The notes under the pieces: generated by a model
What the model was told of the DNA's origin: nothing
The model's database searches: none
What the model saw: the letters and a program-made list of their open reading frames with translations, nothing else
In this document: piece after piece, positions 1-11,790 of the stretch
How the letters are laid out: every line of letters starts with the position of its first letter
Numbering within the stretch: the stretch's first letter is position 1
NCBI GenBank assembly: GCA_030390025.1
Contig: CM059432.1
Span: 116,872,001-116,936,000, forward strand
Direction: 5' to 3'
DNA from: Squalus acanthias
Taxonomy: Eukaryota
Length of the DNA: 64,000 nt
Translations under genes and position numbers: made by a program

Positions 1-959
1 ATGTAGATGAATGTACAATATTTAATATATTTTGGAAATAAATTCTTATAATTGATTTGTAAATGTACATATTAATACTGAGACAAAAATCAATGTTATA
101 AAAAGTAACAAACATCAGATTTAATGGAAATATAAGTACATAATCATGGTAATCAGTGATTATCTAGAGAAGAATCATTAACACTGATATTGTCACACCA
201 AACTTTAGTAAAAAGTAATAAAATAAAATGTTTTTTAAATAAATAAAATGGGCTAAAGATATTAGCATATGTCATAATACAGGAAGAAATACTATTCCAA
301 TATTGATGTTAAATGCAGATAGCATTAGGAAATCACTTGAGAGACACCAAATGCTTGAGGTGGAGCCGAGTGTGAATCTGGTGTCTTTTGTCCCAAACAT
401 TATTATATCGCTAGTTGTGTCACTAGTTAATATCGGAGCCCAGACTGAGAACCATGTGAGCCCATATGAATTGTGAGCAGTATTAGGTTTAATGAAATCT
501 AATCTGAAAATAACATAATATACAAATGTTTGAAGATGAATTTAGAGAATAATTGTCAACTCGCAGAATGTTAGAATTTGAGTATAATAGGCTAGGTGAA
601 GGGGATTCAGATTGTTTTTAAATTGCCTACTTTCTGCATATTAAAAGGGGCACAAAATTGCTTCTCTTCATTCAGTTAAATTAAATTGTGTAACTGGGAA
701 AATTGGATGGGTGTCTGTCTTTTTAAATGTATCACCTTTTTCTTATTGTGCTTACGTCTATTGAACACTTGTGTTTACATCGGTGGGAAAGCAAGCTGGG
801 AGAGAAAAAAAATTGCATCATGACTGTATTTTCACAAGTAAAGCTGAGTTTCTATCGTTGTTTTAAACACCCAAAGATGTCCAGTAGGGGAGTTTATCCA
901 CATTCCTTAGTATCTTAATATTGGAATTATGATTACAGCATTATTTCAACAGGAAATAT

Positions 960-1525
960 CTTCTAGACTTGACTGTTCCATGCACTCCTGGCCGGCCTCC
1001 CATCTTCCACTCTCTGCTAAATTGAGGTCATCCAAAACTCTGCTGCCCATGTCCTAACTCGCACCAAGTCCTGTTCATCCATCGCCCCTGCTCGCTGACC
1101 TACATTGGCTCCCGGTTAAGCGACGCCTCAATTTTAAAATTCTCATCCTTGTTTTCAAATCCCTCCATGGCCTCGCTCCTCCCTATCTCTGTAACCCCTC
1201 CAGCCTTACAACCCTCTGAGTCTCTGCACTCCTCCAATTCTGGCCTCTTTAGCATCCCCAGTTTTAATCGCTCCACCACTGGTGGCCGTGCCTTCAACTG
1301 CCGAGGCCCTAAGCTCTGGAATTCCCTCCCTAAACCTCTCCACCTCACTACCTCTCTTTCTTCCTTTAAGACGCTCCTTAAACCCTACCTCTTTGACCAA
1401 GCTTTTGGTCATCTGCCCTAATATTTTCTTATGTGGCTCGGTGTCAAATTTTGTTTTATAACGCTCCTGTGAAGCGCCTTGGGACGTTTTACTGCGTTCA
1501 AGGCCCTATATAAATACAAGTTGTG
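960..1525 (+). mobile_element. L2-clade LINE 3' fragment
   Basis: Degenerate ORF2 C-terminus (LHWLPV..FKILIL..SFKTLLKPYLFDQAF) and tail 'ataaatacaagttg'; same family as 50030-50712. Confidence 0.8.
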
Positions 1526-1764
1526 TTTGAGGTGTTTGTTGGAAGTAGATCTGCAGGTTCTTATCTGTTATGACAGCTAGCATAAAGTGAGAGCCACATG
1601 TTTCATCTTCATAATATGATCTATCAAGAGCAGCAAAGTGGTTGTGCATTTTTTTAAATTTTACACATATGCAATGACTGGCTCCAGAATGATCTTCCCA
1701 ATGAACAAAAGTTAAAGCAGTGCGCTCTTCATCAGCACCAACACTTATCTTTTAAATGTTCTAG

Positions 1765-1847
1765 GAAGACGGGGAATTGGCTGTTATTATTGCAAATCTT
1801 CATTTCCATCAACTCATTGAGAAGTGCACTTTGGGATCAGTCACCTG
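1765..1847 (+). CDS. FBXO15: FBXO15 internal coding exon (EDGELAVIIANLHFHQLIEKCTLGSVT)
   Basis: ctAG acceptor and GTaagg donor; 83 nt (phase 0 to 2). The peptide resembles vertebrate FBXO15 'ELAFVMANLHFHHLVERSTLGSAT' as recalled, and it splices in frame to the next exon. Confidence 0.9.
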
Positions 1848-2200
1848 GTAAGGAGAATTGTACTTGTGTGTCAAAGCAATATAAAAAAATAACTTAAATG
1901 GTTAAACACTCGGTAACTGCAACATCTTTCTAAATTGCATTGGATTTATAGAAAATTAAGATTTATATTATAGCCATATTTAACAAAAATATTATATTTG
2001 TTCATATCAAGAAAGGTTGTAACCATTTTATTCAGCATGTGAGTTGGACGAGCCCATCCCTTTTCTATCTAAAAAGGCTTTCTCAGTTACTATGTTGCCA
2101 TTGCATTATGTAATATGTATGGGGAGGTTTATGATCTTCAGACATGATAATGTGTCTTTTATTTACATTCTCTTTGTGTTTCATATTTTGAAAATAAAAG

Positions 2201-2346
2201 CTCATATTCACCACCACCTCATGAGCCAGTGTTGGATGATGTTGACCCAGAATATGGGCTGCATGGCTACCATTGCCACATTGCCTTGCATAATGGAAAA
2301 AGCTCCTACATGTCTGGTAGTTTTCATAACCTGTTCTGTAGAAAAG
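2201..2346 (+). CDS. FBXO15: FBXO15 internal coding exon (SYSPPPHEPVLDDVDPEYGLHGYHCHIALHNGKSSYMSGSFHNLFCRK)
   Basis: aaAG acceptor and GTaaga donor; 146 nt, phase-compatible on both sides. Carries the DD-x-PEYGLHGY motif of FBXO15. Confidence 0.92.
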
Positions 2347-2574
2347 GTAAGAAGACTTCCATTTTAGTTTGTATTGCTGCTATATTTGTATGAAAGATAT
2401 TTGCAGCACCAATGGTTTAACCTTGCCTGCATTCCCCCTACACAGATAGAGCAAGCTAGATTTCCCTGGCCTCCACTTTTTCCTCTGATCCTTAAAACCT
2501 ACAGCTATGGTCAACACAATGAGCCCTTAATATTGGAATTATGATTATTGCGGTAGGAACTCTGCAGTACAACA

Positions 2575-3775
2575 GTGGTTAGGCCACAGTTAGAATAATG
2601 TGTCCAGTTCTGGGTGTCCTTGTTTAGGAAGAAGTTGAGGCTATGGAGAGGTTATGAGGAGAGACTAGAGAAACTGGGGTAATTTTCATTAGAGCAGAAA
2701 AGGTTAAGAGGGATCTGAAAGAGGTGTTCAAAATTATGAAGGGTTTTGATAAGATTAATGGGGAGTGGGGGTGGGTTTCCACTGGCAGGTGAGTCAGTAT
2801 CTAGAGGGCATAAATTTTAAATAATAACCAAATGAATGAAGGAAGAGGTTAGGAGAATTATTTTCAATGTAACAGGCTGATAGTAAATGGATTGCCCTAT
2901 CAGAAACAGTGGTGAACCCATAATGGCTGAATTTTGCGGTCAGCGGAGAAGTGACGGCGCTCGCCGCTGACTTTGAAGAAAGCTGCCCACATAGATCTAG
3001 TGATCTCTGTGGTGTGGATTTCATCTTTCCCGACAATAATTTCATGCTGGCGCCATGTATAGGGGATCTCCAGCGTCCAGCAACAGTGATATCATCAAGC
3101 TGGCTAAGCAGCAAATCACATTGAATAATTCTCAGACAGCAAACCAGGAAGTAAAAAGCACTAACATTCCTTCACTTTTTAATCATTTTACAGAGAGTGA
3201 AATAAAGAATGGGACATACACATGGGATTAAGGTAGAAGCTGAAATATCATAAAATAATTTTTTGTTTTAAATTTGTTTAAAAATCTAGGAATTTTTATC
3301 TTAATGGAGAAATTTGACATTCCACAAATATAAAATTAGTTTTTCAGGGCCAAAGAGGTTGTTCAGCAGTAATTATGACTTAGTATGCCGTTCAAAAATC
3401 AGTTACACCTTATTCAACAAGGCTTAACTTTTTAAAGGGTTTTTACAGCGTGAATAGTGCGTAAAAAGTGGAAGTTCATGTCAATTCAGTGATTTTAATT
3501 GATTTCCATCTGCGAATACTGCAACAGCACACCCTGTGGAGGAGCAGGTTATCACTGACAACAACTTCAGGATTTCCGTGTTTTCTGCATGTGCAGACTC
3601 CAGAAGTTGCTGTCAGTTTTACAGAGTAACGTTGACAGCTTCGCCTTCATTACAACCACAAATTCCGGGCCATTGGCTTTTAAAAGGAAACTGAATGGGA
3701 CAAAGTGGATAGGTCTTTCAGAGAGCTGGCAGATGGCCTCCTTCTGTGCTGTAAAATTCTAAGATTCTATTCTAT
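2575..3775 (+). mobile_element. Degenerate CR1 3' fragment split by a MITE
   Basis: CR1-like 'tgtgtccagttctgg...ttaagaggg...aaaattatgaagggttttgat' up to ~2915, resuming at 3672 with the 3' tail 'tggcctccttctgtgctgta...ttctat'. Confidence 0.65.
2925..3671. mobile_element. Harbinger-type non-autonomous element (family A)
   Basis: Termini GGCTGAATTTTGCGG / AAATTCCGGGCC. Its full length is the reverse complement of 26596-27358. Confidence 0.8.
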
Positions 3776-4057
3776 GACCCAAACTGCCGGCCCTTTACAG
3801 AAGAAACCAGAGAGGGAGCAGCACTGACCTCTGACATTCCCTATGCCACTGGGCCTGCCAGATTCGAACAGATAAACCCAGTGCTGTAGGTAAGAATAGC
3901 ACTATCTGTACCAACAGCCTCCCTTGCGCTGACCATTTGCATGCTGATGAATTGAGGAGAACAGAGCGGCAGGCTGGAGAGTAATCCATGGGACTACCTC
4001 AAATTTTATAGCTGGTGATTCGAGCCACTTTTAAACTAAGTTGCAGGTTTGTGTGGC

Positions 4058-4476
4058 ACCTGGATCAGTAGGAGACCTGCTGGAGAGTCCGGGAACAGTA
4101 CCTGGATCAGTAGGAGACCTGCTGGAGAGTCCGGGAACAGCGCCTGGATCAGTAGGAGACCTGCTGGAGAGTCCGGGAACAGTACCTGGATCAGCAGGAG
4201 ACCTGCTGGAGAGTCCGGGAACAGTACCTGGATCAGCAGGAGACCTGCTGGAGAGTCCGGGAGCAGTACCTGGATCAGCAGGAGACCTGCTGGAGAGTCC
4301 GGGAGCAGTACCTGGATCAGCAGGAGACCTGCTGGAGAGTCCGGGAGCAGTACCTGGATCAGCAGGAGACCTGCTGGAGAGTCCGGGAACAGTACCTGGA
4401 TCAGCAGGAGACCTGCTGGAGAGTCCGGGAACAGTACCTGGATCAGCAGGAGACCTGCTGGAGAGTCCGGGAACAG
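4058..4476 (+). repeat. Minisatellite, 10 x 42 bp (ACCTGGATCAGYAGGAGACCTGCTGGAGAGTCCGGGARCAGT)
   Basis: Read directly; the 14-aa periodicity in three ORF-track frames reflects the unit length. Confidence 0.97.
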
Positions 4477-4801
4477 GTGAGTACAGCTGAGTGAAGTCAA
4501 TCAGTCATGTATCAAAATAAACATCAATATAATCAAGTAAAATTCAATACAATTTTATTCTAGGGAGTGGGGCCATACCATAATTGTCGAGACCAAACTA
4601 ACTTTTCCAAATAAATCTCCATTTATTGCCTTAAAAGTCTGCTTTTCTTAAAGCGTATTATTTTTGTCACTGTACTTTCTATCTACCCGAATGAGCATTT
4701 CTGTTCTAATTATATGATAACTGGATTTCAAATTAAATTCACTGCTACATCCTATTTAAGTTGTTGTGAATTTTAATACTAATGTTATTTCCTAATTTCA
4801 G

Positions 4802-4926
4802 AATATATCCAGAATGGCTTCTTGCGAATAACGATCATAAGTTCAAAGAAAGAATCACAACACAGCACCATCAGTGGCAACCTCTACTTCCCTTGGAATA
4901 CAGAGTTCCTAAAAGGGAATATACAG
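4802..4926 (+). CDS. FBXO15: FBXO15 penultimate coding exon (EYIQNGFLRITIISSKKESQHSTISGNLYFPWNTEFLKGNIQ)
   Basis: tttcAG acceptor and cag/GTgtga donor; 125 nt; the open frame joins both neighbouring exons. Confidence 0.9.
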
Positions 4927-5146
4927 GTGTGAGAATTAGTATTTGTGTGATGAAATTGGCTTTTTTTTGGGTGGAAATCTTTCGATTTCAAGTCCTTTTC
5001 TCACAATATATCCATCACTGGGCCACATATCTTCTGTGATTAAGATAGGAGGAAGCCTGCTCCAGCTATGTGGCTTCTTACCAGCTACTTAATGTTTTTT
5101 TTCTCCTCTCACCATATGATGGAAGAGTATTTGGCTTCCACTCAAT

Positions 5147-5857
5147 GGAGGAAAACATTTGGGTGGAGCTCTTTTGGGGCACTAACGTTGCCGGGACGCT
5201 AATTTTAGCGCCCCGAAAAAGTTAGCGCCCCTCTGCCGGAAATTCAGTAGTAGCGCCCCAAGCAGGAGGTGGAGCGCTACTGGAAGCGTTGCACCTGCTT
5301 CTTGGGGCACTACTACTGAAGGTCGGTGCGCTACGTGCAACGGCACCACGTGTGGCGGCACATAGCGCCGCGTCATTGCAGGTCTCCTCCCCTGATTAAA
5401 GGGGAGGGGCCTAGCGCTGCGCGCACTGGGGCCCTGCTGGACCACCGGGGAGCGGGGTGCCGTGAAAACAGCACGGCACTCGAGGAGTGCCGGGCTGAGC
5501 GATCACGGCCGGCAGCCCGAAAAAAAAAGGGAAAGATAAAAATGGCCGCCCGGCATCTGCCCCTTTAACTACCGCCGCCGTCGCTGCAAAACCGCTCCCC
5601 GATCCTGTCGGACATATCGTCCGGTAATAGGTCAGGGGGCGCAAGCAAAGTTTGCGGCCGGGGCGCTGCACACGGCGATGACGTCATCGCCGGCAGCGAA
5701 GTGCCGCAGGGTGCTACCAGCTACTGCCGCCGCTAACCTCCTGCTGAATTTTGCGGGAGACGTTAGCGGCGCCGTGCCCAGGCGCTAGGGGATTTGCGCC
5801 CCGTTAGCGCCCCCAGGAGCACTATCGAGAGGTGCAAATCAACCCAATTTTCCCCCC
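5147..5857. mobile_element. CpG-rich Harbinger-type MITE (family B) in an FBXO15 intron
   Basis: Imperfect TIR GGAGGAAAACATTTGGGT / ACCCAATTTTCCCCCC, AAT on both sides, many TAGCGC/GCGCTA subterminal motifs. The right end matches that of 25542-26431. Confidence 0.75.
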
Positions 5858-6118
5858 AATATCTTTCTCATTAGCTTGGCTGAGATAGAGGCCTCAGGAA
5901 AGTCCTAAATTGTTTTCTTCCACTCCATGGTACCCAGTTTTGGTGCTTTAATGTGCTACTTTTCAATATGACATCAGAATTGAGATCTTGTTCATGTTAA
6001 TATTTTACTTTATCAGGACCACTGCAGCACTACCACATCTAGATGCTATAAGGTCAATTGTCAGTGCCACATGGAAAAGTAACATGATTGAGATTCATCT
6101 CGTGAGATTCATCTCATT

Positions 6119-6746
6119 GGCCCGGAATTTGCAGTCAGGATGATGGCGAACTGGCAGCGTTCGCAGTCATTTCGCCTTTGAAACTGACCGCAACTTCGGG
6201 ATTTGGCACAGGCGCCTGCAGAAATCCTGAAGTTGCCGTCTGTCATTCTCTGCTCCGATACAGGCTGCGCTGTGCCCCCGCCGCACAGAGCCGGCAGTCT
6301 CTGTAATCACCCAAATCAGGGAAACTGACAAAAACTTCGGCTCTTCCACAGTAATTACGCTGTTAAATTCCCTACTAAAAGTTAGACCCAAAGGGATTAG
6401 GTGTAACTGGGGTTTTAACAGCGTATTGACTGCTAAACAAAGGATATGGCCATGAAATCTAATTTTAATTTTCCCTATGTGAGAGCCCCAATCTTTGTTT
6501 TGCTCTCTCTAATATTTTAAAAATGTTAGAATTTTAAAGCTTACTCACTTCCTTGTTCACTGTCTGTGAGAATTCTGCCTTTTGATTGGCTGCTTAGACA
6601 GCCTGTTGACTTCACAGCAGCTCGCACAAGGGGATCCCCACTAAACTCCGTTGATTTGAATTGAACGTCGGAAAACTTTGTGCGAAGCTTACTTTGGGGC
6701 CAGCGGCGAACGCCTTCGCTTTGCCGCTGACCGCAAATTCCGGGCT
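6119..6746. mobile_element. Harbinger-type MITE related to family A
   Basis: TIR GGCCCGGAATTTGC / GCAAATTCCGGGCT with an ATT target duplication. Confidence 0.85.
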
Positions 6747-6956
6747 ATTGAGGTAAATTTTTTTTTAAATATAAATAATGTCCTGTTTATCATGCCATAA
6801 TTGGTTTGCTGTTCAGCTTAAGGATGACTTGGCCTAAGGTTGCTACATAAATATCCTCCACTTTTGAAGTGATGGGCAATTGTCTGAGCTTCTACCCTTG
6901 ACTGCTGTCCAGTGGTCTCTGTGTGGACATTGGATGAAGACAGTGAAAGAAAAGGA

Positions 6957-7372
6957 AATAACTTGCATTTATTTAGCGCCTTTCACTACCTCAGGATCTC
7001 CCAACGCGCTTTACAGCTAATGAAGTTCTTATTGAAGCGTAGTCACTGTTGTAAGGTCGGGAAATGCAGCAGCCAGCAATGATACATGACCAGATAATCT
7101 GTTTTAATGGTGTTAGTTGAGGGACAAATATTGGCCAGGACACCGGCAGAATTCCCCTGCTCCTCTTGGAATAGTGCCATGGGATCTTTTACATCCACAC
7201 GAGAGAGCAGATTTAACATCTCATCCAAAAGACAGCACCTCCGACAGTGCAGCACTCCCTCAGTACTGCACTGAAGAGCCGGCATGGATTATGTGCTTGA
7301 CTCTTTGGAATGGGACTTGAACCCATGACCTTCTGACTCAAGTGACAGTGCTACCAGTGAGCCAAGGCTGAC
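6957..7372 (-). mobile_element. tRNA-derived DeuSINE (SacSINE1-like)
   Basis: Minus-strand A-box-like TGGCTCACTGG and B-box GGTTCAAGTCC, Deu-domain-like core 'gtgccatgggatcttttacatccac', L2-like tail. Confidence 0.8.
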
Positions 7373-7759
7373 CGCTATCGGGCACTGCTATCATTGAACA
7401 GTCTGCCGATTCTCAACCCGAGAAATGGCACTCGGATGACTACCAGAGGGATGAAACTGCACTCCAGCACGTGCTTTGTCCCCTAATGGAGCAGGGAAGA
7501 AGGGGAAATGGGCTGGGGAATTGTTTACAGATTTTGGACTAGCATGTTTACTTGGAGCCGCGAGGTATACTGAATTGTAAAATGTACTGTAGTCTAGTTT
7601 TCCTGTAGTACTACAAAATATAAGCTGGTATTTTTCACAATATAGCCTTGGAAAAGCATTACTAAATTGTTGTTCTTAGTGATTGGATTTAATTTGTAGC
7701 ACTTCTGTTTGGCATTACTTACCTTCAAAGCATTACATTGAATTTAAATTTAATTTCAG

Positions 7760-8029
7760 CATTGTTGTTTAATGGATGTGACCGTTCTGGATGAAGCAGA
7801 AAAACCATTCTGGTGTGTAAGCTCGCCCGTAGCTATGCATTCAGTCTGTACACCTGCCATAAGATATAGCTACCTGGGTGAGAGGCAGACAATTGATTAT
7901 AAGGATCCCGAAGGACATGTTCATATGGAGCTAATGTGGTTGGAAGAAGAAGAACAATATTACATCGTCAACCTTGTCCTTTATCTGAGTGTTAAAAAAG
8001 TAAATGCCTGGTTTGCAACAAATTACTAA
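7760..8029 (+). CDS. FBXO15: FBXO15 terminal coding exon (HCCLMDVTVLDEAEKPFWCVSSPV...VNLVLYLSVKKVNAWFATNY*)
   Basis: tttcAG acceptor at 7758-7759 and TAA at 8027-8029. Matches the recalled FBXO15 C-terminus 'MDVTLLDEHGKPFWCFSSPV...IVNLVLYLSIAKINHWFGTEY'. Confidence 0.93.
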   Translation, partial: HCCLMDVTVLDEAEKPFWCVSSPVAMHSVCTPAIRYSYLGERQTIDYKDPEGHVHMELMWLEEEEQYYIVNLVLYLSVKKVNAWFATNY

Positions 8030-8381
8030 TTGTCTACATTAACCCCTGTATGGCTGACTTTAGCAAACTGCTGTTCCATGTACATAAACTGAGGTATCAA
8101 TCTGAGTGAGTCATGAGACTATATTCTGTGAGGGCTTCCAGTATTCAAAATTGAGTGTTTTTTTTCTAGATCTGATCTGATCTGATCATGATCCTGGATA
8201 TTGGCTTACAACCTCAAACTCCTTCCTTCCCTGATATTGGTTACTTTCCTTTTAAAGCATTTTGCTTAAAGTTTGTTGAGGTTCAGCAATGGTTGCCTGC
8301 TCATACTCTGTAACAATCATGTCTTCAGGCAGTCTAAGTGCAGCAAATAGTTGTCTGCCCCACTAAGTTTGTTGTATTCGC

Positions 8382-10833
8382 AATAAAGTGGTACGGGAAC
8401 CATTCGAAAGGCCTCCAATCAGGTCCTGTTTCAAGACTGGGTTGCTGTATTTGCTTGCGCCTTTGCTTGACTCCATTACCTTTTAAGAACTCTGACTGTA
8501 TGTGAATGTGGGGGTCGGAGGTTCTGAAGTAAGACTTCAGGAGGAAAAAGACGGGGCAACTGAGATCTACAAAAAGCAACACAAACCGAGAAAGGGAAGC
8601 TAAAAGAGCCTGGAGGGATGAGTGACTTGTAAACTGACTTCAGATGCTCTATAATAGAAGTGCAGAGAACTCTGAAAATAAATCTGTATCCAGCATTTAT
8701 TTTCTGGTTTGTGTAGTAGGGTGTAATCTTTACTGTATATCTTTGAGGTTGGACCTTTGTGACCAAAGGTTGTGTTCTTTCAGAAGGTGAAATTTGTTTG
8801 CATTTAATTTGAAGGAAATGTGGAGCACTTTCTTCTGCTTTGGTTCAAGAGGCCTTAATCTGCTCCAACAATTGAAAAGCTGGGCGATGGCATTGTTTCT
8901 AACTAAGCCTAAGGAGGCATTTGGGGAATGTGAAAGTAGCTGAAGGGAGGCTTGCAGAGCCCAGCAATGCAGCTGACTTTTAAATGTTCTTAGAACATTT
9001 TTGACAGCTACTTTAAGTGGTGTTTTAAAATGGTAATTATAAGCAGTTGATTAACTACGTAGTAGTGCCTTTGAATTGTTATAGTATTTTTTAAATTGCT
9101 GTAGGTTTTCTTAAAGTAGAAAGCTAGAATGTTTTAAGTGGAAAAAGTACAGTAATATTTCAGAGACCATTACAGTCAACTAATCAACTGGCTATAATTG
9201 CCATTTTAAACACCATTTATTGTAGCTGTCCAAAGCTGTTTAATATTTAAAAGCCAGCTTCATTCCAGTCCCTTATAAACATCAGTAGGTAGACGAGAAG
9301 ATTGTGCGCATGTGCTGGCGGAGGGAACATTGAAAGGCGAGGAAAATTGAGAAGGAGTTGAAGTTCTGTTTTGAATGACAATTTCTATTTCTTGTCCTGT
9401 TGTGTTCTGTCTTTTACAGCAAAGTTTATATCCTGTGTGTTTTTACTGCGGTATTAGTGGACATTGATGGCAGAGGATATTATACAGATTATAATCTGTG
9501 AAATAATTATTTTGTGCATCCGCCAATGTTGCTAGTGTCAGAACATGTGGGCAGCTCACTTTGCTTTTTCAACACCAGGGTGATGCTAGTGATCTTGCCT
9601 CCTTGCATCACTTATGCTGAAGAAGTCTTGTTGCATCAGCTCCTTTTCACCAAAGGAAATGAAGTTTATGGAACAGCGAGAATGCATTTGTAAATTATAT
9701 TTCCACTGTTTATTATGGAGACCAGTGTGTCAGTAATGTTTCTTCTGTTTAATGTCACAACGTTGGGTGTTGATTAACAAGTAAAATGGGTTGTTCTATT
9801 ACATAGCTTAATCTTTGAATATGTTTTGGCTGGCGCATTTGTTTTCTAGATTTAAAAACAAGTCTATGTGACAAAAAGAAAAGTTTTAATACTGAATCTC
9901 ACCGATTTCAGAATCTTCAAATGGTAACTGTTTATCATTAATACAGAAGATTCCATTGCAACACAGCTGCATCCTGGCGTAACTGTTGAGATCTACCTAC
10001 CGGGAAACTCTGCCACTGACCACCTGGGTAATTTCAAGTTTCAAGGGGAGGTTCTGTCCTTTTAATGCTGATGGGAGACAGCCCACCAAAAGAAACCACA
10101 AACTGCAGTGTTGGTATCAGGGTTTGGGAGGGTTTGGATCTTCTCTTTCTCCACCACTCATTCCCCCCAACCCCTGGGGAAAACTGCCCTCTTGGTCTTC
10201 TTTCTAAGGGGGCTGAAATGTTGCAAAGAGGATAGAAAATCTGGCTACTCTTTCGGAATTCAGGTTTGAATCGTGGCCTGAACCCCAGGTGGACCTTACT
10301 TCAGCCGCCTGCTGGACTGGTACACCTGATCTTCCTGGCTGCGAATGTAGGCACTCCTGGCATTGGGAGTCCCCAGCCCAGCCCCCTCCTGTGTCACTGG
10401 CTTTGGTGCAGGTGGAGGCTCCACCTCTTTAAAGGCCTCCCAGAATCCTTGACATAAGGCCAAGACCCATTTTAAAGCCCTTCTGGTGGAACTCTTGTAG
10501 AATTGGCTGGAAGGGCTGAGGATTTTCAGCCCAGTGTGTTTAGTTTACAGCAGTAATATTCAAGGTAACTGCCTGGAATGCTGTACTTTGTTAGGCAACA
10601 TGCATAAAAGTTGTGTTTGTATTCTCTAGTTTGTTATTGAGATAATTATTTTACTTCAGTATCATTCTGTTGTATATCATCTTGTTTATATGTTGAATCA
10701 TGCAAAAAATGTTGCATTTTGTTTATACTTTGACCTATGCAGAGAAAATTGAGTGCGGTTTATATATGAATGTAACTTGATTTCAGTGTTCTTTTGTGCG
10801 TAAAACAAATAAAAATAGTAGGAGCTTAATAAA
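8382..10833 (+). terminator. Candidate FBXO15 polyadenylation signals
   Basis: AATAAA at 8382, 8677, 10808 and 10828 in U/GU-rich sequence downstream of the stop codon. Which one is used cannot be determined from sequence. Confidence 0.4.
8966..9264. repeat. Imperfect ~300-bp fold-back inverted repeat, probably an old MITE
   Basis: gacagctactttaagtggtgttttaaaatggtaattata... pairs with ...tataattgccattttaaacaccatttattgtagctgtc. Confidence 0.8.
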
Positions 10834-11009
10834 GTTGAACTCTAGTTTAACTTTTTTGATTCCATTATGCTATCAGTCAGCGGTACATCAGAACAATTCC
10901 AACTACACTCTGCACTAAGTATTGCTGAAAGCTGATGTCATTATGTTGTTGTTTGCAGTTTATTTTCAGATTAACCATCTTATTATGTCCTTTTTATTTT
11001 TGAGATTTT

Positions 11010-11372
11010 TATTGCATCAAAGATTTGCATCTCATCACATCCCAAAGTGCTTCTTACAGTGAATTACTTTAAAGGGCAGTGATAGTTGTTGTGAGATCTG
11101 CAGTAAGATGAATAACCAATTAACGTTTTTATTGGTTGAGGGGTGATTGTTGACTAGGAGGGCTATATGCTCTTTGAATAGTGCCACTGGATCTTTGACA
11201 GCCACCTAAACAGGTAGATAGGGCCTCAATCAAACGTCGCATATGAAGAATAGCACTTCCAACAATGCTGCACTCCCTCTGGACTGCAGTGAAGTGTCCG
11301 CTTAGATTACATGCTCAAATCCCACAATCTTCTGACTCTGAAGTCAAGTGCAACCAACTGAGCCAAGCTGAG
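11010..11372 (-). mobile_element. Degenerate DeuSINE copy
   Basis: Collinear with 6957-7372 (atagtgccactggatctttgac; gcactccctc; ttctgactc; caactgagcca). Confidence 0.65.
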
Positions 11373-11629
11373 CCTAACAGCAGAATGTGTTGGCAGGGAA
11401 ATTGTTTATTCCAACGCTTTTGTTTTTGCCTTCTCTGTCAATCAAAATAGGTTGTTTACCTGGCAATAGCCTTACTTTCTATTCTGTTAAGGTATATTTG
11501 TAATATATATTCTCATTTTGGAGCCCTTTGCATTATTCTTAAAGATTCTGATCGTTTTTCCTCGTTAAACTTGTGCTCTGTATGTGTGATGGTATATTCT
11601 GTAAAAGACCCAAATGATTTTAACCAAAG

Positions 11630-11790
11630 GAAAATATTGCTTATGCTGGAAATCTGAAATAAAAACAGAAAATGCTGGAAATACTCAGCAGGTCAGGCAG
11701 CATCTGTGGAGAGAGAAACAGAGTCAACATTTCAGGTCGATGACCTTTTGTCAGAACTGGAAGAAGTTAGAGATGTAACAGTTTTTAAGC
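11630..11790 (-). mobile_element. Penelope-like terminal-repeat fragment with a decayed hammerhead
   Basis: The minus strand of 11722-11758 reads agtt-CTGACAA-aaggtc-atc-gacct-GAAA-tgttgact. Confidence 0.65.

Noticed and set aside
2044..2367. 107-aa and 85-aa ORF-track proteins overlapping FBXO15 exons (also 4782-5039)
   Set aside because: Wrong reading frames. The spliced FBXO15 frame explains these segments.
4036..4500. Three overlapping 143-154 aa repetitive ORFs, or a CRISPR-like array
   Set aside because: They arise from a 42-bp unit without stops in those frames. There are no unique spacers and no cas genes, and the context is a eukaryotic intron.
5147..5857. CpG-island promoter of a nested gene, with short GC-rich ORFs
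   Set aside because: It is bounded by TIRs and a TSD and shares its end with 25542-26431. The ORFs have no recognisable domain.
7310..7372. tRNA gene
   Set aside because: The A/B boxes belong to the SINE head, no complete cloverleaf is evident, and the sequence continues into the Deu-like core.
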